From the NCBI RefSeq assembly GCF_009914755.1, contig NC_060926.1: 64,000 bases of DNA. The stretch is one strand, 5' to 3'. This document shows positions 31,469 through 44,225 of the stretch, piece after piece. The notes under the pieces were generated by a model that made no database searches, was not told where the DNA came from, and saw nothing but the letters and a program-made list of their open reading frames with translations. Both the position numbers and the translations under genes were made by a program. How positions within the stretch are numbered: the first letter of the stretch is position 1; each line of letters opens with the position of its first letter. The DNA comes from the human T2T-CHM13v2.0 reference genome, Homo sapiens.

Positions 31469-33392
31469 GGCACTATTCTTTAGGGGTGGGGGATTCAGCA
31501 GTGAACCCTACAGACAAAACTTGCCCTGTGGCACCTCCATAGCGGGACATCAGCCATAAACACACCACAATAGCATGTTAAATGGTGCTGTCCGTACTTG
31601 ATAACATTCCCCTTCAGGTCCTCATGTTCCTCTCTCTGCATCTGTGACCCCATGGACCACGGTACGAAGATAATGGAAATTCTCTTACCACTTTCTTCTT
31701 CTCCTTCCCCTGGAGGGGAAACGTTGTAGCACTTCTTGCCAAACTCTTGAGTGTACTCAGAATAAACTTCAGGTTTTTAATATGGCCTGTTGAATCCTCA
31801 AGGAGGATTTGGGAAAAATTGGGTAGGTCCTTCCTGGCCATCCCTGTTATGATCAGGAAATATAACACATACCCTATCCAGCAGTTTGAACAACTGTAAA
31901 TCTTTGGGGTGGGGTTAGAAACCTTCTCAAAAGCATACTTTGAAGATTGCTGAATGTGATGTTTTTCCAGACATGTTCCCTGATTTTATTGGTTCATTCA
32001 TTGATTTATTAAATATTAAGCACTTACTATGCACTGGGCACTGCATAGGTGCTGGGGATTCAAAGGTTAATGAAAACAGACACGATCCTGGTATTTATGG
32101 AACTTACAGTGTAGCATAAGAGAGACTTGAATCAAATAATCCCACAAACCAGTGTAGAGTCACAGCTATGTCCAGTGCTTTTGTGCTGGTGACCAATCAG
32201 GAGGAGTTGAGGTCCGAAAGACGAACAGTAGGTAACCACGCAGTGGGGAAAGCCTGTACAGAGGCCCTTTCGGGAAGGGCTTTCACAGAAAGTAGGTGAC
32301 AAAAGAGCTCCCTGTGCAGTCTAGGACCTGACATCTGGAGTGAGCTGTGGCACTTCCCTCGTTTGCTTGACCATGGGACATTTCTTAAAGCGTTTCTCAG
32401 AACCAGTGTTTCATTTCAGCATACTTCAAGAAACACTAGTTCTTTGTAACCTGGGCAACCTTCAAACATAAACAGGAACGAAAACTAGGAAAGGTGGTTG
32501 GGAGAAAGGCGATGATTGGCGCTATCTTCTTTAGCAGTGGTACGAAGGACCTCAATCCATTAGTTTACCAGCTACTGGCCAGGCCTTCCTGCTGTCACTT
32601 GTTCCCATTCTCTTTCCCACCCAGTGAGACCAAGGCTAGTCCTTTGCTAACTTCTAGGTCCTTGAAGGCAGGGATCATATCTTTTTGTCTTTGAAGCCCT
32701 AGCACCTAGAGTTTTACCTGGCACTTAGTAAATATTTCTGAATGAATGATCCTTGGGAAAGCTATAGGGTGAGGCATAGGGTTCTGTTTCATGGTAATAC
32801 AAAATCAGACTGGAGGTTCACAGTCGTTGTTAATTCTACGTTATCGTACCAACATTCTGCTTACCTAAAACACACTCTACCTCTAAAAAATTTGCGTTAG
32901 CTATGAACCTGAATGTGATTGAACTTAGGAGGAAGAAAATAGAGCCTCTAATCCTTTTTCTAATAAAAGAAATTTCCTCTTTCTCCACCGGGAGCGCTAA
33001 GTGGGCGTGGAATTGTTTGACAGTTTACCACTACTGTTAGCTTTGTTTTTGTGTTTTTGTTTTTAAATAACCAGCCCACTTGGGGAGTGTTAACTTTAAT
33101 TTCACTACAATTCCTTATTCTTTTCCTTTAGTTTATATTTCCATTGCCTTTATCATTTTTTCTAAGAGCTGTAGATCCATGACTCATCATAATCATTAAA
33201 ATTGCAGTTCCAAATAATTAATGATTTTATTTTGCTCTTATAGAATCAGTGTTTTAATACAATTCATGCTAAAATGTTAAGTATGGTGATTTTTAACAAC
33301 AGTTTTTATTAGGTAAAATGGTGTGGAATTTAGGATTCGCTTTTTTGAAAACTTGGAGAACAACTGTAAACAATTTTTTTTTCTTTTTGTAG

Positions 33393-33452
33393 GATTTACT
33401 TACAAGACATAAATTGCTCAGTGCAGAATTTTTGGAACAGCATTATGATAGA
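33393..33452 (+). CDS. CAB39: CAB39 coding exon 6 (60 nt)
   Basis: tttttgtag|GATTTA...GATAGA|gtaagt; DLLTRHKLLSAEFLEQHYDR. Confidence 0.96.
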
Positions 33453-34639
33453 GTAAGTATATGAAATACTATTTTTAAATAATAAATTGTAACTTTTGTT
33501 ACCAGAAATGAAAGACTTACATTAGGTTTTTGTACTAGAATATTTATTTTGCATATGTAATGTTTATAAATGGTGCCGTAGTTATTTCTCTACTTAAACA
33601 ACTTATAGAATATTACTTGGTCAGAAGTAGATCTTTTTGATTGACATACTGCCCTTTGAAGCTTTTATTGCTTTAAAAGAGGAAAATAGAGCATTTTGCT
33701 GCTAAAATGATAGTAAAGATAGTAGGAAAATTATCTGACTTTTTAACTTTTCCTTCCTTTTCCATCAGTTGCCCCACATTTCTGCTGCATACAAATAGAG
33801 AGAAAGGGAGGCAGCAGCTGATAGGATGAGAGCAGCACTGGCCAGAGGGGACGGGAGCCCGGCTCTGCTCCTGCTCTACTGCTCACTCCTTTGTGGCCAT
33901 GGCCAAGGCAGTTAACCGCTTGGGGACTTAGAAGTCCGTCCTTATTGTAAAATGAGGACATTGGACTAGCTTGTCGGTAAGGTCCCTTCCAGCACTGAGT
34001 CAATGTCAGATGTTCCTGGTAATAGTGTCCCCCAGAGATTTGTCAATGATTTCCAGAGTGCTTGATAGCTTGATTTCCCTAGACCCGCACAACTGCCTCT
34101 AGGGCTGCCATGTGAAATGATCTCTTCCACCACTGCCAGTTCTGCCAGCCTCAGGAGGATCTTCCACAATACCCACAAGCACTGTTGTGATGTACTGGTT
34201 TAACTACACATCGTCGAAGATTCTGATAGGTACCCGTAAAGAGGTTAGAAGAATGACAATCCACTTAAAACTCCTGTCTATCCTGCAAAATTTGGTTTAG
34301 ATTTTAATTTTTCCACTACTCATTTAAATTTTTGAAATCCTGAGTATTATTAATACTTCATTATTCACTTTGCTGTTCAAATACATTCTGAGATTCTTAG
34401 AGGCAAAAATCTATGCTTGCTTGTTCTTTTGTGGGTTTTTTTCCCTGTCTTTTCCCCCTGCCCTCCACTCCCAGTAAGAACATAACACAACACTGAGCAC
34501 ACAAGTCCTTCATAAGTAGCCTCATAAATGGCTTAAAAATTGCTGGTCCTTTATTTTTATTTCAGCTCATGTGTATTTGGATATGGGTGCGTTTCTTGTA
34601 TGTTCATTGCTTTAAAATGGCAGTTCTGTCATCATCAGG

Positions 34640-34915
34640 GCCTTTTTACAGTAGATAGAAGCATGGACTTGAGCCTTGGACTGCCTGGATTCTGGCTGCA
34701 AGTCTCAGCCCTACCATGGGCTGGTAGGACTTCAGCAACTGCCTTCATGCACCCTCTGTGCCTTCAGGATCTTCCACCCTGAAGAAAGCTCTTCATATAG
34801 TACCTGTCTACTGGGATCATCATGAGGATTAGATAAGAACGTGTATGTGACGTGCATGGCACAGTGCCTGGAACACAGGAAGCACTTAATAAACGTTAGT
34901 TCATTTATCATCACC
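34640..34915 (+). mobile_element. MIR SINE (possibly with an L2 end)
   Basis: MIR core-like sequence atcatgaggattagataag..atgtga..gcacagtgcctggaaca. Confidence 0.55.
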
Positions 34916-35887
34916 ACAAAGATTTTTCAACATACTAGTAATTTAAGGCCTACCAAAGACACAGACTAGCTGATTTCCAAGACATTTGCTACAGTGAAAT
35001 CTGTTTAATCTTGCAGTAAAATAGCTTCCTACATGTTGTTAATAGATGACATCAGTTAACAGGATTTTAGAAGAACATATGTGAGGCAACAAATCTATAG
35101 AAAGCAGTCAGATCTTATAGAGGGAGAAGCAGTGGGGGATGTGGGTAATTTAAAGCCACAGGTGAGGTTATTACACCAAAATAACATGCTCTAAATTCTG
35201 ATCCAGTTTGGCTCTGAGCTTTCTAATAACCAAAGCGTAGAAAGAAATAAAACAATTAAAAGATGACAGTATTTGTAGAGTAAAATTCATGCTGGCTGCT
35301 CAAAAGAAACGTAGCCTTTCCTAGCACTGGGACCTGAAACCGGTTTCTCTCCTTGGCGTTCTTAAAGGAGAGTCAAGTTACAGTATCATGTAGTGGACAG
35401 TCATTGCCGTGGCATTGCAGTAAATAAAATGCTCAACTCCGATGCAGTTCCCTGAAAGCAAGTCTTTGAGGAACCCAGAAGTGGGTGGGAGGACAGGTAT
35501 CTAGGTTTGTTACTTACTCTTTGTCTGTCCTAATACAGAGAAGAAAAAATCTAACATAACCTGAAGGAAACAGGGGCCACATACATACTTTTCAGGCAGT
35601 TCTCCATGAAAAGTTTCTTGCAACCAAGCTTATCCAAAGATGCAGCAGAAAATCTTAACTTGCATTTTCTGTATATATAAGAACTTGAGATGTATATATT
35701 TTGTTACTGATTAAAAGCAGGTCCAGTTGTTTTGATCATCAGTTTGATGATAATTTGAGAAGGTAGACTTAACAGCTTTTTCTGAAAAGAGAGAAATCTA
35801 ACTCAAATACTTACCAAATAGATGGCCAGCTCACCTCTGCCAAGAGGCAGGCAGAAGAAATAATGTATAATTCTGTGTTAGCTCTAA

Positions 35888-36092
35888 ACCAAGAAGGCCA
35901 GAAAGCAAATTTTTGAGGCTTTGTAAGCCATGTGGTCTCTGTTGACTCTCCTGTCTGTTGTTCTATGAAAGCAGCTGTAAATAATACATAAACTTTTCAG
36001 TGAATTCATGTTCAGTAAACAAACGAGCATGGGATGTGTTCCAGAAAAACTTTTCACAAACAGGCAGCAGGCCATAGTTTGCCATCCCTTGC
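35888..36092 (-). mobile_element. MER58A-like hAT MITE
   Basis: gttccagaaaaacttttcacaaacaggcagcaggcc..tagtttgccatccct. Confidence 0.6.
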
Positions 36093-37106
36093 TCTAGACC
36101 ACAGATGAATGGCTAATGAGGACCCATCATAAAGCATGGACACCAGTAGTTCTCTCATGGACAGATGACAAAGCAGGCATCCCCCGGCACTCGCGATGAC
36201 CAAAGGAAAGTCTCAGGAAAGCACGAAGATCCAACAGTCATACTAGTGCTGCAGACTTTCAGAATGTTTTAAACCTATCTGTGGTTTAAACAGACAGACA
36301 AAAAATAAAATCTTAAGGCTAACTGGCCTTGTCTACTAGGTTTTTGAAGGATAGCCTTGGCCCCCAAGTGCCTGTCATTTCGGTTTTGTAACTCTGCTTT
36401 AATGGGCTTCTAGCCTTCACCATCCAGCAGTGCCACTCTTGTCAGTGACCGCTGTTTTGAAGGTCTAGTGGACCTGTCAGTTCTTAAATTTGTGGCATTT
36501 TGTTCTCCCCGGGGCTTCATTCATACTATGTCCTTCCTTTTTTATCTGCCCAGATTCTCTTTTCTCCCCTCCATTTCTGAGTGAAATCCCTCCCATCCGC
36601 CAGGTCTGAGACTAAGCCCCACCTTCGTTGTCGGCCTGGTTAACACAATGCTGAATTTCTCCTCTCTTAATTTCTATTCCGAATTACTTTTTCTCTTTGC
36701 CTGATACATTGAAAGAGCAGATAACTTTTCTCTTTGTGGTTGTGCTTTGAACAAATTGAATTCTTGTTTATATAAAATACGAGTTTTTCAATCTAACATC
36801 AAGATATGAGAGCAGACTCAACAAGCAAAAGTGTGAGGGGTATGGGAGTTAGGTTTTGTGCATAGGGAGCTTGGGGTGACAGAGAGGCCTGGATTTAAGC
36901 TCTGTCTGCAGGCCTGGCTGGAACTGGGAAGGGGCTCAGTCCCAGGAGCCCTCTTCATGGAAGGGATTGGTGGGATCACCTGAGAGTCTCAGAGCAAACA
37001 TGTCAGAGGAAGACATGAAAGAGAGTGGCAGGGGAGCCAGGGCAGCTGTTGGCCTTCATGGTGTGAGAAATGTGTCCTTAAGCTAATTTACAATGTTACC
37101 TACCAG

Positions 37107-37108
<2 letters not shown>

Positions 37109-37137
<29 letters not shown>
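37109..37137 (+). repeat. Poly(T)29 mononucleotide tract
   Basis: 29 consecutive T ending 36 nt upstream of the exon 7 start. Confidence 0.95.
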
Positions 37138-37173
37138 GGCAATAACCCTGATTTATGTTCTCTTATCTTTTAG

Positions 37174-37239
37174 TTTTTCAGTGAATATGAGAAGTTACTT
37201 CATTCAGAAAATTATGTGACAAAAAGACAGTCACTGAAG
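37174..37239 (+). CDS. CAB39: CAB39 coding exon 7 (66 nt)
   Basis: tcttttag|TTTTTC...CTGAAG|gtatga; FFSEYEKLLHSENYVTKRQSLK. Confidence 0.96.
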
Positions 37240-37715
37240 GTATGACAGACCATTTTGTATAGCTTATTTCTCTGTACCTTGTGTTTGAAATGTGGATTTG
37301 GGGAAAGGGAGATGTGCAGGATGGGTCATAGACCTTTGGGGGAAATAAATACCTTTGCCGAGGGTCAAGATTTTTGCGGAAAGGAATGGAGTTGGACAGT
37401 GATCCATGTGGAGCACTTTCCTGCTTCCTAGTAAGGTGGAGACACAGAAAGGGAATGAACGGGAGTTTGAAGAAGACTTCATCTCCTAGCAGTGCATTCT
37501 TTGCGATTTTGAGCCATAGTCATATCAGCTAGATGAAGGCACTCCAGGTGCTGTGCTCCTGGGCTGTGGCCTGGGTGGCACAGGCAGGTGTGTGAGGGTG
37601 GAGGGAGGCGATGTGCGTGTGAGGCTGTGGACCATAGACAGGCTTGGCTGCTTTGTATCAAAGCAGGATATCCTTTGCAAGTTAGAATGTTAAATTTAAG
37701 ATTTAAACTGTAGAA

Positions 37716-37932
37716 CAAGGGTTGGCAAACTACAACCCATGGGCTAAATCCAGCCAGCTGCCTGTGTTTGTAAGTAAAGTTTTACTGGAATAAAGACGTG
37801 CTCATTTATTTACATATTGTCTGTGGCTGTTTTGAGCTCCAGCAGCAGAATTAAGTAGATGCCTCAGAGACCCTATGTTCTGCAAAGTCTAAAATATTTA
37901 CTGTTTGGCCCTTGATAGTTTGCTGACCCCTG
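37716..37932 (+). mobile_element. MER58A-like hAT MITE
   Basis: aggg ttggcaaactac...aaagttttactggaa...gtttgctgacccctg terminal inverted repeats. Confidence 0.75.
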
Positions 37933-39097
37933 CTGTAGAAAGTTCTTATAGCAGTTAAGAAGTGCATACCCTCCACTCTGTCAGTAAGCAGTCCCAACAG
38001 GAGATATAGATGAAATCACAAAGGATTTGAGGGGAAAATCATAATTCCATTCAGTTTTTTGCCAGGTCCATTTAAAATTTGACTCTGCCCAGAGTTCTTC
38101 CCCTCATGGGTGTCTGGACCGATAATGACCAAGATTCCATCCACTCATCCCCTTCCTACCGTGGGGAAATCTCCCTTGAAGACCTTATCTTTCTGTGGAA
38201 AAGACTAAAGGACACTAGGAGCATCTGGAATACTTTGTGTCCTTTGATAGGAACACTCCACCGTCCACATTTTCAATCAGCACTTTCTTTCAGAACAGCA
38301 TATGCCTTTTTTCCGTGTAAGGCTGTAATTCCTGCAGCAGGGCATCCGTGACAGCCACAGCTGGGGAACAGGCACAGTCCAGCCAGGCCCCTTGCTTTCC
38401 ATTCATTGCTGTTGCTTGGGCCCCACCTTCCCTGGCTTAGAGGATCATTTGCTGTCCTTTCATCTTTGGGGGGTTGGACAGAACTTCCTGGCAGCTGTGG
38501 GAGGAGTTTCTCCTCCCTGGACATCAGTGTGTGAGAGAGTGGAGGTTCCTGGGGCCTCTCCTGCTCTGTGATCCTCAAAGGGCTGAGGTATACTACTCTT
38601 GCCAGCAGTTATACAGATGCACACAGTTCACTGGAGTCAGTATCTTCTAAGGCCACAAAGGCCAGACAGGATAGCCTAGGTTAGTAGCTTCTAGGGCCAT
38701 TGTGGGAGGAAGCTGGGGCCGGGGGTGCAGGGTGGAGGTTATTGGCAAATCCATAAACTTTGACCAAATGTTGGATTCTTGGGCTGTTTGGATAAGGAGA
38801 AAGGCCTTCAAGACCCTTCTGCCATTCAGAATTACCAACATGAAAAGAAAGGCTGAGACCACCATTTCCAAGCCCTTAGGAATGGATATAAAGCAAGTTG
38901 CTGGCTCCTGCAGTTTATGTTAGCGGTGGGCCTGTGAGTGCCCCATGAACACATGGAGCGGCTTCAGCACCAGCCGTACTTTAAAGATGGATTTTAATTT
39001 GTACTCTCTTTTTCGTAGCCACATTGGCATTTATTTATTCCCATATTTATGTCGCCAGCAAATTTATATTCCCTATGCAAGACTCCCAAGTTTTTTA

Positions 39098-39409
<312 letters not shown>

Positions 39410-39849
39410 GAATTACATATTTGAAGTCATCTTCCTTCAGATTTTCTTTGGTTTCTGTGATAGAAAAAGAACACGAAAGCTATAAATCACATAATACTAA
39501 CTTTTCAGTCTTTGTAAGATACTGGTTGCTTCTCACCGTAAGAATAGATTTTGTGATTCACATTGATATGAAGCCTACTCCTTTCAGTTTTTCCTATGAG
39601 TTCCTTATAAAGCCTAAGTAAAATAGATTTGTTTTCTTGTACATCAGCTCATTTTTTATTTAATATGATGACAAGTTACTTATCCAGAGATCAGTTACCT
39701 GGAAACTTCAAGTATCTAGAACATAGCCAGAAACCCAGAAAGGAAGCAACAAAAGCAATTAAAGCAAAGCCACAGAGCCGCTATTTGCGCCTTTTCTTCC
39801 CTTAGCCCTCACTCACTCACATCTCTGCAGATACAGGCCTGATACGTGC

Positions 39850-40030
39850 TTTGCACACTGATGCTCGTTTCTCACTGCACTCTCCTGAGAGAGAGGCACT
39901 GTTCCATTATACAGATGATGGAACCGAGACACAGAGGAGTTCAGTAACGTGCTCAAGATTACAGAGCTCACAAGAAGTAGGGAGCCAGGATTGGAACCCA
40001 GGCAGGCTGGCACCAGGGACCAAGCTCTCC
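39850..40030 (-). mobile_element. MIR SINE
   Basis: ccattatacagatgatggaaccgagacacagag..gtaacgtgctcaagattacacag. Confidence 0.65.
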
Positions 40031-40878
40031 ACAGCTCTGCCACCGCCCACAAGGACCGCAGCTTGGCACCTGCCCCACTGCCGGCTCTGCACACTCAGCC
40101 TTGGCCAGGTTGTTGGCATGTTGACAACCTGAAGAAGTGACTGCTGGTTTTAGGAAAGAGTAAGCAGTGACAGTTTAAAAGTTATGAGTTTATATGATAT
40201 AACCAACTCTCCAGAAATTAGTAAACCCTTGAAGTAAACAGATGTTTTTTTAGCATTAATTGGTATAATTAGTGATGGTGAGGGGTCAGTAAGAAAACAC
40301 TGGATTATCTTCAGGAGACCTAAGAAGGAGCAGAAAAATACTCACTTGTGTAAACCTTTCTGAATTAGCTGTGATAAAACGATAACTGTGGCATGTGCAG
40401 GGTACACAAATGGAAAACTTTGGACACAAAACCCTTTATCTTGGAAAGTCCCGCTAAATAAAATTTAAAAATAGTTGTTTTAAATTAAGCTAAGGTTTGT
40501 GGTTAGTTAACAGGAATAATCAATAACTTTTGACCATTTTCTTGAATAGTTTCTTTTTAGTGAGCTAACACAAATGCACGCTTAAAGGGGAGGCTTTGAG
40601 AGTCTCCCACTGGGGCCAAGGGGGCATCTTGAACATCCTCTGCAGAGAGAAGCGTCAGGCCTCCCGTAGATTCCATCTCTCAGGGAAAGGGAGGAAGGCA
40701 TTCAGGTGGCAGAGAGAAGGCCCTTCGTAGCTTTTAGGTTGTAATTCAGTTCAGTTCTTCGGTCTTTTGAGTGCCTACTAATACTCTATACTTGATGATT
40801 ATAAAATAAATTGTTTTTTTAAACTTTGATTTTTCTTTAAGTTTTAATAACAAGGTAATTGTTTAAATGTCTTCTCAG

Positions 40879-41022
40879 CTTCTCGGTGAACTACTACTAG
40901 ATAGACACAACTTCACAATTATGACAAAATACATCAGTAAACCTGAGAACCTCAAATTAATGATGAACCTGCTGCGAGACAAAAGTCGCAACATCCAGTT
41001 TGAGGCCTTTCACGTTTTTAAG
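40879..41022 (+). CDS. CAB39: CAB39 coding exon 8 (144 nt)
   Basis: cttctcag|CTTCTC...TTTAAG|gtagag; [48 protein letters not shown]. Confidence 0.97.
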
Positions 41023-41640
41023 GTAGAGTACTAGAAGCATCAGTGATACTGTCCACTGGAATTGTTCGTCGTCTTTCATTCGCAAATAACGGAAATTATT
41101 AGCCTCACTCTGGTAATCCAGGTGACTTAATTAAATTCAGTCACTTTTCATATTTGTGTGCTATGACTTTTAAACAGAAAGGTAGACCTGGAAACGGGTT
41201 ACTGTTTGGATCTGGGAACGAGAAGGTTTGTTCATAGAAGAGTGTCATTTATCTTTGGCCTAGAAGATTAGTAACTGCAAAACAAAAGCATTTCTTAATG
41301 CTTTCTGTGGAGGTTTCATTCTTAAAATCCCATCTGACCTCTTGTGCCGAGAAATAATTTCTGCCCATTTTATTCTAAAATCAAAGTCTGTATTTAATAC
41401 TAAACACTGTGTTGCAGGGCTGGCAGAATGAGTTTATCAGTCGTATTTGTGTTAAAACATGTAATTATTATTTTTTTTTCCAAATTGTAAAATAACGCCT
41501 TCTAAAGCAAAACCTAATGACCCTGACTTCAGCGCCATCCCAGGAGAGCACAGCTCTGCTTTTCTGCACTGTGGCCGCAGCTCAGGTGTGGCTGCGTTTT
41601 GTCCTTTCTCTGTGCCTCATGTGCGTTTCTCTCCACGCAG

Positions 41641-41829
41641 GTGTTTGTAGCCAATCCTAACAAGACGCAGCCCATCCTAGACATCCTCCTCAAGAACCAG
41701 GCCAAACTCATAGAGTTCCTCAGCAAGTTTCAGAACGACAGGACGGAGGATGAGCAGTTTAACGACGAGAAGACCTATTTAGTTAAACAGATCAGGGATT
41801 TGAAGAGACCAGCTCAGCAAGAAGCTTAA
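41641..41829 (+). CDS. CAB39: CAB39 last coding exon 9 (CDS part, TAA at 41827-41829)
   Basis: ctccacgcag|GTGTTT...GAAGCTTAA; [62 protein letters not shown]. Confidence 0.97.
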
Positions 41830-44200
41830 TCTCCAATAAACATCTATGTTAAATCCAAATTCAGCATTTGCTGTTAGCTATTCAGCATCAGGCACTCATT
41901 GATTCATGAGGAACATTACTGCTAATCTGCTGTTAAGTGAACGGTTTTTCATTTTACCCTTTTGTTTTTCAGTCCAGGTTGGAGATCGTAGCTGCTGCTG
42001 CTTGCACACTAGGGCACATGTGGGCTTTCTCTTGATCTTTGTGTCATTTCAGAATTCAAAGACTGTGCTACGGGAGTTCTGAACATGGCTGGGTTCATGA
42101 AGGCAAATGTATGGATGAGAGTGTGGTTTAGGAAAGAGGGCACTGATATCAGATTAGACCTATGTGTTTGCACCCATCTTTGTTGGCGATCTGAGTGCAG
42201 TGTGGCAAGTGCACACCTGGCATCCCTGCGTCAGATCGCGCACCTTCAGGTCGCGCACCTTCGCTGAAGGAAGATGACGCAGAGCTTTATCTGAAATCAG
42301 AGGGGAGCTATCCAAAATGGGAGTTTGGGGGCAGCTAAAGTTGACATGCGAATAAATTGATACTGAAACTTAGCAACTTCTTAAAAGTGTAAAGAAGCCT
42401 CATAAGATCATAAGGAAAATGTATATATGCTTTTCACAGCTTTCTAGAATTTTTTGACATTTGATTTTCTTGAGACTTGTAAACCTGGATATGTTGAAGG
42501 GTATTTGTTAATTTTACTTTTCAAAGATACTTTAAAACAGTAGAGCTAGCAATGACACCTTGCATTTCATTTCAACACTGCTTCAAGGTTTCTTTTGTAT
42601 ATAATTCTTAGAATGCTCATTTCTTTTAAATGGTTTAATTTGTACAGCAGAGGAATGTTATTGTAGTAGTATGTAACTATTACCTAATACTGAGTTTTTG
42701 CAAAAAACAATGAATGCTCATATGTAATTGAAATACTTCAGATCACATGAAAATGCTGATTTAACATTTAAGTATCACAGCATTAAAAGAAAAAGAAAGT
42801 AAACCAGTCCTTTGTATTCAGTTACCTAATGGGGTGCCATCAATAAGCTGCGATACAGCCCTGGAGCTCAGTCAGCCACACCTTCCTGCATCCTATTGGC
42901 CTTATTCATTTTAAATGAGTTAATGAATCTGCCAGATCTGTGAATGATAGAGATTATGCTAAATTAATGCTGATTCTTTGTGTGTGTGGGAAATCTCTGT
43001 AGAGCACCTTTTCTTTCTTAGACTAAGTAACCCAGTACAATAGTTGTGAACTGAATAATTAAAACTTTGGCTTCTCTTAGGAAAAGACGACTTCCTAGTC
43101 ATAGGTGTCCTATGGGGAAATTTATTTTTTTTAATGTCCTGTTCCTTAATGCTGCAAATTATCAGTATTTATAAAGTAACTGATTTTGCACCACTTTTTT
43201 GTTACTGTGACCACGGCAGAACAATGTCTTCTAGACTATATCTATGTAAAGTTATTAGAATGGTATCTGTTCATTTTAGTGATATGAAGATCACAACTAA
43301 CAACTGACAAATCAGAGTTTGCCAGTTCAAATTCAGCATGGCTGCAGCTGATTAAGAAATTGATATGATTATTCTTTGCTAGCCTCTCTTACTAATGGAA
43401 TTATATACTGGCCAGTAAAATGGGCCTCCCAATTGCTGTTTCAGCAGGTTTTAAACCTTCAGGAACACCAGTTAGGAAAATAGCTCCAGAAAATATAGAT
43501 ATATTTTATTTTTATTAAAATGGCAGTCTACATCATAATTGGCATTTCTCAAGACTGTCTTTACCAGAATCTGTGTGAAATAAGGCAATCTAGTCTCCTT
43601 GAAAAGAAAATCCCTTGGATGTTTAGGAAGGAAGACTTGGCCGTGATGTGGTGTCCTGGCTTTGTGGTGTAGTGCTGTGTGTATGGAGTTAGTGTAAAAA
43701 CATGGATTACACCAAGTGGAAGAAACGTCTTCTTGCCAAGCTCATTCTTAGAACTTACACATCTAGAACAGCTTCCACTTTGGCAGTGAGGTCGTAGCCT
43801 TTTAGGTGGAAGAAGTGAGGGTGCAGCGTGTCAGACACAACATTCATGTTACTCTTACATTGGAATCTGAAGGTAGTTCAGACTTCGTGGGTTTTGTTTT
43901 TAAGCAAAACAATGTGAAAACATTTAAGTTTGAAATGTTGCATTTGAAGTTATGATCATTTAATATATTCATATTACCAAGACTATTATACTGGAAGTGG
44001 TTTTTGTGTTATAAAGGTTTAATTTTACATAAGGCAGTTACTTAATGTGATTTTTAACCCTTAAAAAAGTGGAGATGTATACATTTGTTAACAATGCCAT
44101 GAAAGCATTTTCTTTCTCCTAAGGAAAAGTGAATTTCTTATCAGAATATCTGGCTGGCCCTGTAATTTAAATTAAAATAAAATTTTGGAGAAACAGCATT
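41830..44200 (+). other. CAB39: CAB39 3'UTR (~2.4 kb)
   Basis: AU-rich segment with no recognisable interspersed repeats, running from the stop codon to the distal polyA signal; end position approximate. Confidence 0.85.
41940..41947 (+). promoter_or_regulatory. miR-451 seed-match site (AACGGTTT)
   Basis: Complement of miR-451a nt 1-8 (AAACCGUU); CAB39 is an established miR-451 target. Confidence 0.8.
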
Positions 44201-44225
44201 GTCTGTCTTTATGATGTGTTATAGA
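44171..44225 (+). terminator. Distal cleavage/polyadenylation signal of CAB39
   Basis: Overlapping ATTAAA (44171-44176) and AATAAA (44176-44181), upstream TGTA (44161), and a GU-rich downstream element ttgtctgtctttatgatgtgtt from ~44199. Confidence 0.8.

Noticed and set aside
32984-33000. CTCF-like ccaccgggagcgcta
   Set aside because: One base short of the consensus spacing and lacks the AG core; weak match
41641-41646. Exon 9 also starts with GT (AAG|GTGTTT after splicing) as a recursive donor
   Set aside because: Positions +4 and +5 match U1 poorly, much weaker than the exon 5 case
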